Assembly (NCBI GenBank): GCA_013239625.1
Contig: MU057350.1
Span: forward strand, 34,059,678-34,123,677
Direction of reading: 5' to 3'
Source: Lama guanicoe
Lineage: Eukaryota
DNA: 64,000 bases
Shown: piece after piece, positions 14,183 through 26,765 of the stretch
How positions within the stretch are numbered: position 1 is the stretch's first letter
Layout of the letters: each line of letters starts with the position of its first letter
Made by a program: the position numbers and the translations under genes
Notes under the pieces: generated by a model
What the model was told of the DNA's origin: nothing
Databases searched by the model: none
Seen by the model: only the letters and a program-made list of their open reading frames with translations

Positions 14183-14660
14183 ATGAAGCAGACAGATAAC
14201 AGCACCCCTCAAAGTTGTTAACATCTTAATCCTTGGGACCTGTAAACATGTGACACTACATGACAAGGGGGAGTTAAGACAAAAGAGGGAATTAGGTTTG
14301 CTGATCAGCTGAACTTCAGTCAAGGAAATTAACCTGGATTATGCAACATGAGCCCAGTTATTCACAAGAGCAAAGTAAGATGAGGTAAGAGTCAGATTTC
14401 AATATGCACTGCCAACTTTGACGTTGAGAGAGAGTCCAAGACTTTGAGCACAAGCCAGGACTCCTGGGGTCTTTTAGAAGGTGGATAAAGCAGGGAAACA
14501 AACTTGCACCACCAAAAGGGATACAAACCCTGCCAACACCTTGATTTTACCCAAGAGACCCATTTCAGACTCTTGATCTCCAGAACTCTAAGACAAAGTT
14601 TGCCTTCACTTAGGCCCCTAACCTGGTGGTCCTTTAGTTACACAAGCAGTAGGAATACAG
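14183..14660 (+). mobile_element. MaLR solo LTR, MLT1D/E-like
   Basis: Diagnostic segments taatccttgggacctgtaaacatgtgac, gctgatcagctga, cctggattat, ccctgccaacaccttgatttt, ctccagaact. Confidence 0.8.
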
Positions 14661-14859
14661 TGCTTGTCCGAAATTCTTATTTCAGGTTCTCCATTCAAAA
14701 GGAATCTATTATTAACTCACCGAGGCTTTTCTTCAAATAATATGCCTCATAAATATTCTTTCCTTGGCAGCACTGATCAAGGAAATAAAGGCAATAAAAA
14801 TAGTAACATATCATGCCATCCCAGCCTACAGATGAGGGTGTTATTCAGCCTGTTCAATA

Positions 14860-15035
14860 AACTTCAAATACGTAAGTGTATTTCTATGAAAGGAATTAAA
14901 TACACCATTAAAAACCTTCCCCAAAAGAATTTTCTGGGCCCAGTTAGCCTCCTTATAGGATTCTACTACCAGTTCAGCCAGAAATGCATCACTCACGTAC
15001 AAATTATTCCAAAGAATAGAAAAAGACAGGTTTCC
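14860..15035 (+). mobile_element. Old L1 ORF2 fragment
   Basis: ggaattaaatacaccattaaaaaccttccccaaaagaattttctgggccca resembles IE.VIKNLP.KKSPGP; aaattattccaaagaatagaaaaag resembles KLFQ.IEK. Confidence 0.6.
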
Positions 15036-15149
15036 CTAAAGGGCCCCCTCTCCCCTGGCAACTAAGTGGATTGTCTCAGACTTCTGGTCTCCTTCTCAAC
15101 TTCTCCCCCAAAGAGGCCAAGACGCCATGAGAGGCCTTGTACTTCAGAA

Positions 15150-16720
15150 AGGACCAGGAGCTGTATTCAGCAGAGCATCCAGAAGAGGTGGTATGATTCC
15201 TATCAGGCTCTTACAAAGAGCCCTGAGTCTCTGCTGTCCTCTCCTACAGTAGCCACAGTCCAGGCTCTCTAACAGCCTCACCCAGGACAACTGAAGGGGA
15301 ATCCCAGGAAAGCAAGCTCAGCTGCTGTTTGCACATCACAGAAGGTAGCCCCTTCTCACCCTTTGCCCCACTGGCCTGGCAGCCCAGGATACTAACACCC
15401 AGGTGATGGGACGGACTCAGAACCCTGCTCCTCGGAACCCTGAGCCCTTCCTACCTGGAGAAGGTGCTGGTCTGTTCCCAGACTTTCTGTGACGTGTTTC
15501 AGTTAGTACCAAAGGCATCAAGGAAAGTCAGAGTCTCCACTCTGCACTTCCTGTATTCAGAACTTCCCCTCCCCGGGTGAGCTCCCAAGATGCACTGACC
15601 ATTCTGAGAAACTGCCATTCACCTCGAGGGAATGGCCTCTGCTCTTCACGAGGTGGTCTGTGACTGGGGGACTGTGTGATCTCCTCCACCGTCCAGGAGT
15701 CACAGGAACACTGGGGTCACACACAGCCCAGCTAAAACTGACAAGGCCGCTGTTCCTCATCTAACCCAGAAGGGTTTGGTTCCAGGTGCAGCCCATATAC
15801 AGCCACTCCCCAAGTCAAGAGGGAGTTAGGGGCAGAAGGCGGGTTGGGTGCAGGGTGACAGTGCAAGCATGAGAAGTAGACTTCGCAGTTCAGCCTCCGG
15901 AACTAGGCTGCCGAGTAGTTTGCCAGGTCCAGGCTATGCAGTGACCCTGCACGTCTGTAGCAACCTGATGAAAATGTTAAAGTGAAACTTGGTATAAAAT
16001 GCCTCTCACTGCAGAGCTGCTCACTGGGAGCTGGGTAGCGACTATGTCAGGATTCCATCAGATATTCCATCAGCTATGTGGCTCCAAGGATTCACATGCC
16101 CCTTACGAGATTCTAGCATGTAGTGCTATGGGTTAGTGAACGAGGGCAGATTTAAGATTCACAGAACTGACACACTTCTACGTAGCCTGCTATGGGAGCC
16201 ATAATATCTCAACCCCACTGAAAGGAGACGCTTGCTCATTTTAAGAGAATGCTGACCATTGGGGCCTCCAAAGAACTGTCTGGAAATGATTAACGTCCAA
16301 GCCAAAAAAGTGCTTACAGGAGAACATTCTTAGGTGATGATGGGGCAGATTTATGCCTCTCACCTTGAATTGCTGCCTGCTCTTTCACCAGATGAAGCAG
16401 GACTCAGGAAACTTCCTTGACAGCGTCTGGTCACCCTGCAATTCTTCCCTGCATAGTGGCTCATGCTCTGGGGCTGGGTTCTCCCAGGGCATCACAAGAG
16501 GATGAATGTTGGGAGTTCAGCTATGGAATCATGATAGGCTTACTCCATAGGTACTGAGACCATCCCTCTTTCTCCTGAAAGGAGAAACTAGGAGGTTTGA
16601 CATTCTTCTGGATGAATGAGTGGCAGAGGCTAGGCATATTCCACGCCACAATTTCTGTGCCTACTTGTTTTGGGCACAGCCTCAAGGATACCAACATGCA
16701 TGTTGCCTGCATCTCAGTTG
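15150..16720. repeat. Further partial copies of the ancient repeat (about 15150-15700 and 16480-16720)
   Basis: 15440-15580 resembles 2210-2380, 24470-24640 and 56480-56650; 16500-16715 closely matches 23760-23960 and 55745-55960. Confidence 0.65.
16544..16574 (-). ncRNA. Putative 31-nt micro-exon, copy b
   Basis: Minus strand: gtttctcctttcAG | GAGAAAGAGGGATGGTCTCAGTACCTATGGA | GTAAGC. Confidence 0.45.
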
Positions 16721-16734
16721 TTTAACGCTGATCT

Positions 16735-18028
16735 CTGAGGCAGCATTGCCAGATGGGGAAAACAAAATATTGATTAAAAAAACTTGAAAAGACTGGAAAG
16801 AGATGTTCATAGGAGACCTAAAAAAGCTCCAAGCATATTTCTGGGACTTTAGAGGGCTACACACAGGTGCGTGGCTAAGCACACACCATAAAAAAGACCT
16901 GAGAAAGCCTAACTTCTTATTTCTTGCTGAACTTGAGTCTCTCACGGTGGAGAATAAAGGCTAAGGAAGAGTTAAAACTGCCAGATAATTAAAGGTGTGC
17001 CCCAGCACACACAGGCACCTCATCCACAACTGGAAGTCTTACTGGTCCAAAACATTTAAGGAAACAGCCATCTCATTAGGTCATTAAGATAACTGAGCAG
17101 AGACTTCAGTGGCTGAACGTGAAGAATTAAGACCTGGCAGAATTCCCCGAAGGTCACTAAGCAAACAGCGACAACAAACCCTGGATTAGAGCAACCTAAT
17201 CCCTAGAGCTGCCTATGATTCCCAAAGCTGCCCATTGTAAGTGTCCAATTTAACTACAAGTTGAGGCGTACCATAAAAATAAAGCCCCCACACAGGGAGG
17301 AATTCAGTCAGTAGACACTGTCCCTGAGGAAATCTAGATGTTGTACTTACTACTAAAAAAAATTACTCAAATCAGTTACTATCTTAAATACATTCAAAAA
17401 GTAAAGGAAAGCATGTGTAAAATATGAGAACAATGTCTCATCAAGTAGAAAACATCAATAGAATTTTTAAAGAATGATATGGAAATATAAGTTGCAAGAT
17501 ACAAAAACAAATTCACTTGAAAAGCTCAGTTGCTGATTCACTCTTCCACCAGCTCATATCTAATAACGTGGAAGTAATTTAATTGAGGTTACAGTGAGAA
17601 CAGCAAGAAAGTAACAGAGCCTCAGACACCTGTAGATGCTAGCATCAAGCAGACCAGCATGTCCATATGGTGGTACCAGAAGAGGATAGAGAAAAGGGCA
17701 GAAAGGATATTTGAAGAAATGGCTGTAACCTTCCAGATTGGTTACAAACATCTGACACATCCAGGAAGCTCAGTGAACTCCATCCAAAGTAGGATAAACT
17801 CACAACTAGACACATAGTCCAACTGTTGAAAGAACCTTGAAGGAAAAGAAAAGCCATTCATCACATACAAGAGAGCCTCAATAAGATTAACAGCTGATTT
17901 CTCATCAGATGCCATGGAGACCAGAAGGCATTAGGACCACAAATTGAAAATGTTGAAGGAAAAAGACTTTCAACCACGAATTCTTTACCCAATGAAATTA
18001 GCCTTAAAAAAATGAATTAACATACTTC
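16735..18028 (+). mobile_element. Old L1 (L1M-type) 5' region/ORF1 remnant, duplicated copy 1
   Basis: caggaagctcagtgaactcca (QEAQ.TP), ctagacacatagtc (RHII) and aagattaacagctgatttctcatcag (RLTADFSS); many frameshifts. Confidence 0.8.
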
Positions 18029-18594
18029 TGCTAGGCAGTTAGATAGAAATGAGCACTGGGCAGGAGGAGAGGAAGGGGAAAGGAACAACCCAGAAAGTAA
18101 CAGTATGTCTGCATTCAGGATAAGGGACTCCAGAAATTTTTACTTTCTCTAGATGAGGGCCAGCAAAAGAAGGCAGTTAAACCCAAAATGCTGCAGCTGC
18201 GTATAAGAGAAGGACCCAGTGTAACTTGACCCAGTGCTCATTATAACGTAATTAACATTACAGTTTGAGCCCCCTCCCATAGGTTTCTCTGTTTCATGGG
18301 TAAAAACCTGCCCAAAAGGGGATGGGCGTGCCAGAGCACAAGAAACCTCAGCTGTCAATCAACTTGATCACTCAAAGAACCTGAGTCATCAATCAATCAA
18401 TCAATCACAAAAGTACCCCTAAGCCAAGATATAAGATGGAAAAACGAAAGAGTGGCACCATTTTTCCTCTTGGACTGGCCCGCTCCCAATTCTTGGGAGT
18501 GTACTATGTCACTCTTTCTGTCTCTCCTTAAAAATTCTTTCTTTTTAGGGGACTAAAAACTGAGGTAATTCTTATTTCCCTTTTCCTGGTAACA
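18029..18594 (+). mobile_element. ERV1-type solo LTR, specific to this copy
   Basis: tgctaggcagttagatag...cctggtaaca termini; interrupts catacttc|cagat, which is contiguous in the paralogue at ~26745; contains a short (TCAA)n. Confidence 0.75.
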
Positions 18595-18708
18595 CTCGCA
18601 GATCAAGAAAACCTGAGGTGACAGTCCCATCTTATCCCACTTTCCCATCCTTGACTAGACAAGTTTTGGTACAAAACAGGGCAATTCAAAAGCCCACATT
18701 CTACTCAC

Positions 18709-18813
18709 AATGGCCTCTTTTCAGACAGAGAATGAGATAACTTGGCCCTTGATTTGATGGTCCTCTCAATCAATCTCCAGCTTATTCCTTCACAGAAAGA
18801 TATGCCAGAGAAG
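18709..18813 (-). ncRNA. Putative non-coding exon (105 nt); paralogues 26865-26976, 31363-31474, 58896-59006
   Basis: Acceptor gtgtttattcctctcAG conserved in all copies; donors GTGAGT, GTAAGA and GTAAAA at nearly the same position. Confidence 0.35.
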
Positions 18814-20759
18814 CTGAGAGGAATAAACACGAACTCAAGCAGGCTGGAATGGCTCTGCCGACCATTCCTGCAGGAAAGGAGGCATAGTTATCCTCTCAGG
18901 GGAGGAGCAAGTTGTGGTGGATGAGGTAGGTGGGAACAGTGTTTCGTTTCAACACCCCTTCCTTATGCTCCCTTTGGGAAGAGGGAGCCACGTAAGCAGC
19001 ACACGGGCACTTGCTTCAAGTTGTCAGGCATCTGAGTCAATACACAAGAGACTGGATTTCAGTTCACTCTGAGTACCTGGTCCTGATACAATTGAAGTGG
19101 AAAAGACAGAATGCTTTCCTGTCCGGACAAACTGTAAAAACTGAGCACCACAGTGAGCAACACTGAGGGTCATTTCTAGAAAAGACTTGTAACTAACAAG
19201 TTCTTTTGGATGTGTCTCCTCTCTTGCGGTATAAGGTCATCAAGTTCCTCCTTACTCGACATCTGACTGCTTCATGTAATTGGGCTGCTCACACTCACAG
19301 AGCTGGCAGAAGAGAACAGGGCAAACCCAACAGAGCACCTCCCTGTTTGGAAATCCTCAGTGGAATTTGGCCATTAAACATATTTGGGTCTCAGAGGAGC
19401 CCACACAAACAGAACTGCTCCCACCAACCCACAGACCTATGAGGACAAGAATACACAGTTCCTATGGTAGACCTCTGAGGTTTGGGCCTTGGTTGCTAAC
19501 TGACAAGATTCTCACAGAGAGCTTCTGAGTCATTCAGCACTGCTGCACTGACTTGTGGTTCATCCTCAAGTGCTGGTTTCAAGTTAGGCGGGCACCCAAT
19601 ACAGCCAACTGCCGGACGAGACAGCCTGGCACATGAGCCCTCTAGACTTCACTGCCAAACGCCTCACATGCTCTAGAAACTGGGTGGGAGCCTACAGCAT
19701 TCTCTCACCCATGCCTCGGGGATGAAATTGGCAGCTAAACAGACTCCTTTCATACAGAAATAAGATTCTTCTGATAAATGCCACCATTTTAGTTCTTCAT
19801 TTTGTACGTCAACTGAAAGTACTGATTCTGGGAATAAATGAGGATTATTTGCCATATAATGCTGAATATCAAGTTTTGCTTTTCACATAAACATGTTTTT
19901 GTTGTTTTTAGTTACTTAGAGGACTGGTGGGATTTCCCAAGCAGATATCTAGGCTGGTAAGGTTTGCCCTCAAAGTAGGAGCCTTTCACTTGAAAATACT
20001 ACTCTGAGGATCTACTATTGGATAAGTGACCATTTCCATTAGGCATTTTAGCTTGCTTTCTTTTATGAGAGAAAAAAACGCAGTGGACTTGCTGAAAAAT
20101 GCGTCATTTTGTAGAAACAAAGGATTACACTTGAATACAAGTGAGTAATCTAACTCGACCCTCCTCAGGGACTCTACAGCCAGGATGAAGTCATCAACAC
20201 GGTCCTAGAATACAAAGGCAGATGAGACAAACAGCTCTCCCCAGTCCCCCAGCACAGACAAACTACGGAGGTGGTAGGTTGATAAATACCTTTGGACACA
20301 CCCTCAACTTTTGAGGTTCCACTGGAAGACTATGACCACACTCCCCATCCCATGGCAGACAGGAGGAGGAGATAAAATTCTCAGCATGAGGTAATAAAAT
20401 TTCCATAATAAATGGTGCAGTGCAGCCAATTTTGTGCTAACATGACACAACTTAACACTTGGTTGTGAACTTGGTTTTTACCTTTGGGCAAGACTAGAGA
20501 GTGAAAGACATTCCAGAATAGAAGACCACCTTGGGGCACAGTAACCAGACCACCCTCCAAGTGTCAGCCAAATGACTGAGAAAGGCAGGGTTGACCATAT
20601 CTGACTTCAAGAGAAAACCCTCCTTCTGGTAAATGTATCTTTCTTGTCCCCAAAAGATTCCTGTACATATGATAGGTCACCCTGTGGTCTCCACCCTGTG
20701 GTCAAAATTTTGAAGGGCTCCACCCTGTGGTCAAAATTTTCCATCCTTTCCTTCAAAAT

Positions 20760-21118
20760 ATTTGGTATAATTAACATACAATATTATATTTCAGAAGTAC
20801 AGCTTGATGATTCAATATTCACATATTGTGTAATGATCACAGTAAGTCTAGTTAACACCTGTCACTATTTGTAGTTACATAATTTCTTGTGATGAGAACT
20901 TTAAGGTTTACTCTTTGCAACTTTCAAATATGCAACACAGTGTGAAGTGTAGTTGTCACGCTGGACATTACAGCCTTGCATCTCATAGTCTGTAACTGCA
21001 AGTTTGTATCATCAGCCGTTTTGCTTACACCATGTCGCCTGCCTCTTGCAGAACACCCATACGTCCTCTATGAGTTTTTTTCTGTAAGATTTCACATTTA
21101 AGTGCAATCATATGGTAT
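20760..21118 (-). mobile_element. L1 3' end fragment (L1MA9-like), inverted; duplicated at 28155-28890, 32653-33388 and 60140-60500
   Basis: taattaacatacaat...gatgattcaatatt...gtgatgagaactttaag...gcaactttcaaatatgcaa, the antisense of an L1 3' UTR. Confidence 0.8.
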
Positions 21119-21124
21119 ATGAGT

Positions 21125-22448
21125 AGCCCAAATTGTAGTTCCTAAGTCTCCAAATAAAACTTTGTTCTTTGCAGCCTTGAATCTAAGCCTTGTTAGACGA
21201 CATTATGTATGTCAGAAACGGAAGCCAAAGGGACTCACTTCTACCTCCAGCCCTGCCCCAGACAGGAGCAGGTCCCATGTCAGAGTCCCTTGCACTCCAT
21301 CATTTTCATGGTGATTTGGGTCATGAGGGTAAGTCCTCTCGGTTCTGAACGTCTGATTTTGGCCAAGGTTCTAAAGCCTTTATTTGGATTTTCCCTGTCA
21401 TGGGCTTTATCTGGAAAGGGAATCCTTTACCTTGGTGAGCACTCCCTCATGGGGAGTTTGGTTTCTAAGGGCGCTGCCGAGGGGCAGTGGCTGTGCAGGA
21501 CTCTCATTCATCTTAGGTTCAAAACCTATGGGCCCTCCTCTTGTAAATTTGTTGCATTGGACTAAAAGCACCCATAGGATCTTGAAACTGTGGGCCCTCT
21601 TGCAGTTCATTTAAGATTTCTTAAGTGAGTTTCTTTGCACATTCAGTTGGAAAAAAGATTTAGGACAATGAGGACTTGAAGAGTATTTCAATTGGTATTT
21701 TGAGGCCTCCACACACATAATGGGGAATCCACTATTGTGTCCCTTAGAGAAACTAACTCGCAATGATCTTAAAGGATTTCCAAATTGGAAAAATTCTGAG
21801 GTTTCCGAGAGCTCTCTCTCCTTGGCTCCCTCCACTCCTTCCTGTTTCCTCTCAATGTCCACAAGGCTCTCCTCCATGCTATCCACCCCTCTGAACTTTT
21901 TACAACACCAAGACTGACCCCCCGCAGAAGGTCAGCCATACTGCCCTCCTGTAATGACAGCCGCTTTTACAGCCATGTCCAGTGAAGATGGCACCAAACC
22001 ACTCACATACAGCCCTTGGACCAAGGCAGAATTACATGCTAAGGACTTTCCCAATGTGAAAGAAGACTCCTTTGAGTTTGCCAATTTGTCCTCCTCACTG
22101 AAACATCAGCCTGGCTACTCAGATTTGTATCATTAGACAGAACCTCGTACACAATAAGATGTTAAAGAATGGATGGAAGCTGTTGATTGGAAAGATCCTA
22201 CTGGTGATTTTTCTACAGTAAGCACATGGGGACAAGCTGATGTTCAAAAGTCGGCTAGTGATCAACAAATTTCTATTCTATTTCCTAATTGTATTGACTG
22301 GCATGTTATTCAAAAATGCATCAATAGCCTGATAAAGATGATCATTATGGAGAACTTGAAAATTCTTTCAAAATTTTGCCATTAAGGACCCAAAAGGTAA
22401 AACTGCCAGGCTGTTTAACTCTAACTTTATGGCAAGATTACAAGATGT
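21125..22448 (+). mobile_element. ERV1 (MER34/MER4-group-like) LTR 3' end, degenerate PBS and gag remnant, copy 1
   Basis: ccaaataaaactttg...gaca then tgtcagaa; gag motifs WTK, YFNWYFEAS and YSPWTKAEL.KDFP; truncated at ggcaagattacaag. Confidence 0.8.
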
Positions 22449-22459
22449 GTTCCTACCCT

Positions 22460-24830
22460 GATTATCACTATCACCTCCACCCACTCATCACAGTAAGGAA
22501 TGCCAGAGCTGGAGTTCCATAAAGAGGGCATGCCTGTGTCAAGTCCTCCAGGCAACCTGGGTTGTAGCTCCACCTCAGAACAACTGAGAGACTGAAAACC
22601 AGTCTGGCTTATTGGCAGAGAACTCAGACTCAAATCTTAATGGGTTCCTGTCTTCAGACCTTCACCATAATGATGGAAGAAAACTACACACCCTGAATCA
22701 GAGCCAGAGGTATGGGAGTTGACGCTGATGATTCAGCCCCACAATAAATATTATGTAATCAATATCCACTGGGTCTTGCCTGCAGTAAACTGGTGCAAAA
22801 CACTCCTCCAGGGAAGGGGAAAAACCTGACCTGGATGATCTCAAATATTCTGTGATGAGACGGAACTTTGAAACAAAAGGAACAGGATTGTCAGGCAGAT
22901 AAGGATAAAAGGAGGACCTAGGCTTGTCCAGCAGGAGATCAGATGATCAGGGTCAAAACCCATCCCTCCTTCATCCATATGTATGCACCCCTGTGGGCAA
23001 AAGTCCAAGTAAAATCTCTTTCGAAACAGTACACTTCGAGAATCAGGAGAGTATCTACTCCAACTGCAGGAATCCTCCCAGAGTAGGTTCTGCCAAGGAC
23101 TGCAAGCAAGAGAAGGGGTTTAAGAACACATTGTTCTTAACTCCTTGATTCAAGCATGGGCGTTTTAAATGGGAAGAAAGTACACAAGAACCAGGTATCA
23201 CTCTAGGTAATGAGAGCTGAAAGAGTTGAAGGAATATAAGAATTACACTCTTCCCACCAAAAAAAAAATAATAATAATAAAATGCTCAAATCAATACTAT
23301 TCTAGAACCCAAAGAAGGATAGAGTTCAAATAATAAATGGGAAAAAATTAAGTTCTCAGATTATAATTCTCCTCATGGACTAAAAGTGAGGTAGGTACCA
23401 CTTGGTATTAAACTAATCATCCAAGTGTAGAAACTTAATACCTGAGCAGCCGTGTTTCACCCCAATGGAAAAATGAGTTGTAGATTTCTTCCAAAGTGAC
23501 TAACAAAATCTCAAAATCTCAGGATCTCTCAGGAAGATATAATTAGTTAAACAATGCACATTCACCTTATGGCAGATTTAAAACACATGAGACTTAAGTA
23601 AAACAATCCTTAGAATCCAAGGCAACTGAAGTATTATCCCATTATTAGAGACATTTGTTTCTGGCAGGTACGATGGGGAAGTTGAAATGGAGGCAGGGCT
23701 GAATGAGATACTTAGTCTAAAGAATCTCTGTAGGAGAGCAAAAGACAGCATCACAAGGGGATGGATGTTGGGAGCTTAGCTATGGAATCTTGATAGCCTT
23801 ACTCCACTGGTACTGAGCCCACCCCTCTTTCCCCTGAATGAAGAACCTTCAGGGAGGAATGAGTGGCAGAGGCTAGGCATGTTCCATGCCACATTCTCTG
23901 TACCGACGTGTTTTTGGCATAGCATGGAGAACAGCAAAATACTTGTTATCTGCATCCCACTGCAGACTCCTTCAATCTGGTTTTCAACCCTTGGGTTTTT
24001 ACCAAAATCTCAGAAAGGTTATTAAGCTTCAGGCAGAAAGCCCACTCCCCATTTCAACCCATCTTGACTGGAGCTCCACTAATAGCAACTGTGAACAAGT
24101 CAGCATTGAGATAGCCCACCAATGAGTAAGGCTCAATTTGGAGCTCTGATTTCTGAGGAAGAATGAAATTCAGAATTAAAATGAGAAGCCAATTGCAACT
24201 TCAGAAATCATGGTGCAACCTCAAAACCCCTTGAGATGAAAACTAGCCAGGCTGAAATGATCTGACTCCCTCTGTGGGTTAGTCAGGGCACAGAGCACCT
24301 CAGAACACAGTGACCTTATCACTGAGGTCCAAGAGGATGTGCTATATCCACTGGTTACATTCTCAAGAGAAGCATTTCTGGCTCATAATTTTGCCTCCCT
24401 GAAGTTAGTTGAGCCCAGCATCAAGAGACCATAGTGAATGAAATTATTTCAGAACTCTGTCTGCTCCAGTGAATCTTGGACTGGTCCCCTGCCTTCTCAG
24501 AGAACATGCTGACATTGACTATTTTGGATACTGCCTTCAGTTCATCTGGGACAACCCTATTTCTTCCAAAAGCATCCATTAAAAACACTATGGAGGACAC
24601 CTAGTTAATCAACTTTCTGTATTCAGCCTTTTGCTTCCTCTATGTGAATGTAAGATGCTATCCCTTGAGAAACTGGCCTCCTCTGATCAAAAAGCCAAGT
24701 GTGTTGGAACTCTGAGGGAAGACTCGAATGCCCCAGGACAACAGACAGTGTTCCTCATGTAATCAAATTCCAGTGATAATTGTATGGAGGTAGTTAGAAT
24801 GGAAACTTCTTCCAGGCAACCGTATAATGA
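22460..24830. repeat. Ancient repeat unit copy inside the 7.4-kb segment
   Basis: ggacctaggctt at ~22915 and ~12935; ggctgaaatgatctg...ctgaggtcca with 1695-1777; paralogue 54430-56860. Confidence 0.8.
23803..23833 (-). ncRNA. Putative 31-nt micro-exon, copy c
   Basis: Minus strand: ggttcttcattcAG | 31 nt | GTAAGG. Confidence 0.45.
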
Positions 24831-24949
24831 TAAACATCACCTTGAACCACCCCAAGTATTCTAAGATGAAGACGAACCCTTTATTGAGACAAAGGAACAG
24901 GCATGTCAGGAGAAAGAAAAACATCAGCCCAGGCTCTATCCAGCAGTCT

Positions 24950-26765
24950 CATGATGTGCGTCACACCCCGCCCCCCTACACACAGAGGCCTGTGATCAGA
25001 AGTCAAAGCAAAGTAGTTTTGGAAAAACTTCCCCCTGTATTGTCAACACATCTGGAATAAACATTACCAGAAAGGTAAGGATCTCCAAAAATCTTCCTAC
25101 ATAAAAGTAGTGAGTACAATCACAGAAATTCTCAACGTTAACTTTTCCAGTACTCTGGAAGTTAACCAGATGCAACAATCCAAAGAGTTTATTCAAGAAA
25201 AATGTGGCCAATAGTTAGTAAAAACAGTGAGCATTGTGACATTTTAACTTGTCTTATTCCAATACCCACCCCCTACAGCTTTGCAGCAGACTTGAAAACA
25301 ATAGCCTTGCAACAAAGGCAGCTGTAAAACAGAGCAGCCATTGTAGGGCAGAATTGAATTTGACTCTTCATAAAAATCCTTTGTTCCAGAAATTAGTAGT
25401 TATTTTATTGGGATGTACCTGACAGGTCAAAGCCCTGTTATCAAAGATTCTTTAGTCGAACTTACTTAGGGAATAGTGTTGTTTCCAGTGAGCCAGCTCT
25501 GTTTGATTGTCAAAAAAGTTTGTTTAACAGATGTCTGAGAAAGTATTACCAGATGGGGCAAATAAAAGACTAACCAAAAATTTGAAAGGAAAGGCTGGAA
25601 GGTGACATTCATAGGGGATTTTGAAATCTTCAGTTTATTTCTGGGACTTTAGAAGGTCACATACAGGTGCATGGCTGTGCATATACCATAAAGAGATCTT
25701 AGCAAGGAGTAAGAAATTAGTTTTCTGACCTTGAGGCTCTCACAGTACAGAGTAAAGTCTAAGGCAGAGTTGTAACTGCCAGATAATTAAAGGTATATTC
25801 AACACATACACAGCACCTAATGGTTAGTCAGCGAAGATAACTAAACAGAAGGTTCAATGGCTAAACATGAAGAACTAAGACCTTGCAGAAATTAGAAAAT
25901 TCACAAACTAATTAGCCAGAAAAAAACCCTGTGGTTAAGGAAATTTAATCCCCCAGAGCTGCCCGTCATTTAAAATAACCAATTTAACAAATGTGAGGCA
26001 TACAAAACATGCCCACATACAGGGAAAAATTCAGTCAGACATTGTCCTGAGGAAACCCAGACTTGTACTTGCCATAAAAAAAAAAAAACTAAATGAGCTA
26101 TTTTAAATATCTTCAAAGAAGGAAATCATGCATAAAGTATTAAAAGTATGAGAACAATGTCTCTAGTGGAGAATATCAATAAATAGAATTTTTTTTAAAG
26201 AATCAGATTCTGGAGCTGAAAAGTACAATAACACATTCTTATGAAGGACTCCATAGTGGATGTGAGCTCTTGGAAGAATGAGTCGAATTTGAAAATAGAC
26301 TGATTGAGATTAAAGTCTGGTGAAAAAAAAAATAAATTAGACCTCAGACACTATATAAACTACCATTATATACACGCATACCAGCATGTATATAATGGTA
26401 GTTTAGAAGGAGAGGGTAGAAACAGGCAGAAAGAATATATAAAGGAATGACTGACCAAACATTTGACAGAGTCAAGAAGCTCAATGAACTCTTAACAGGG
26501 TAAGTTCAGAGATCTACAGTTAAACACATCATAGTCCAACTCTTTAAAGATATTACCAGGTTTCAAAAGCATCAAGAGAAAAGCAGTTCATCACATAAGA
26601 GAGAGCCTCAACAAGATTAACAGCAGACTTCTCAACAGAAGCTATGAATACAAGAAGGCATTAGACCCGTATATCCAAAATGTTAAAGACTCTCAAGCAA
26701 GAATTCTCTAACCAATGAAATTAGCTTTCAAAAACGAATTAACATACTTCCAGATGAACAAAAAC
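24950..26765 (+). mobile_element. Old L1 5'UTR/ORF1 remnant, duplicated copy 2 (partly re-duplicated at 30621-31263)
   Basis: caagaagctcaatgaact, aaacacatcatagtc, aaaagcatcaagagaaaag (KA.REK) and aagattaacagcagacttctca (RLTADFS). Confidence 0.8.

Larger units (their letters stand above)
7790..15040. repeat. Ancient repeat unit, copy 3, carrying copy-specific MER44, ERV LTR and MLT1 insertions
   Basis: Collinear with 1-4410 once the insertions are removed. Confidence 0.85.

Noticed and set aside
20678-20741. Short direct repeats of caccctgtggtc(aaaatttt)
   Set aside because: Local slippage duplication of 2-3 units present in one paralogue only; not an array or CRISPR-like structure
24230-24331. 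ctgaggtcca (also at ~5181), the typical 3' end of imprinted-cluster snoRNAs
   Set aside because: No RTGATGA box or terminal stem at a suitable distance in any copy
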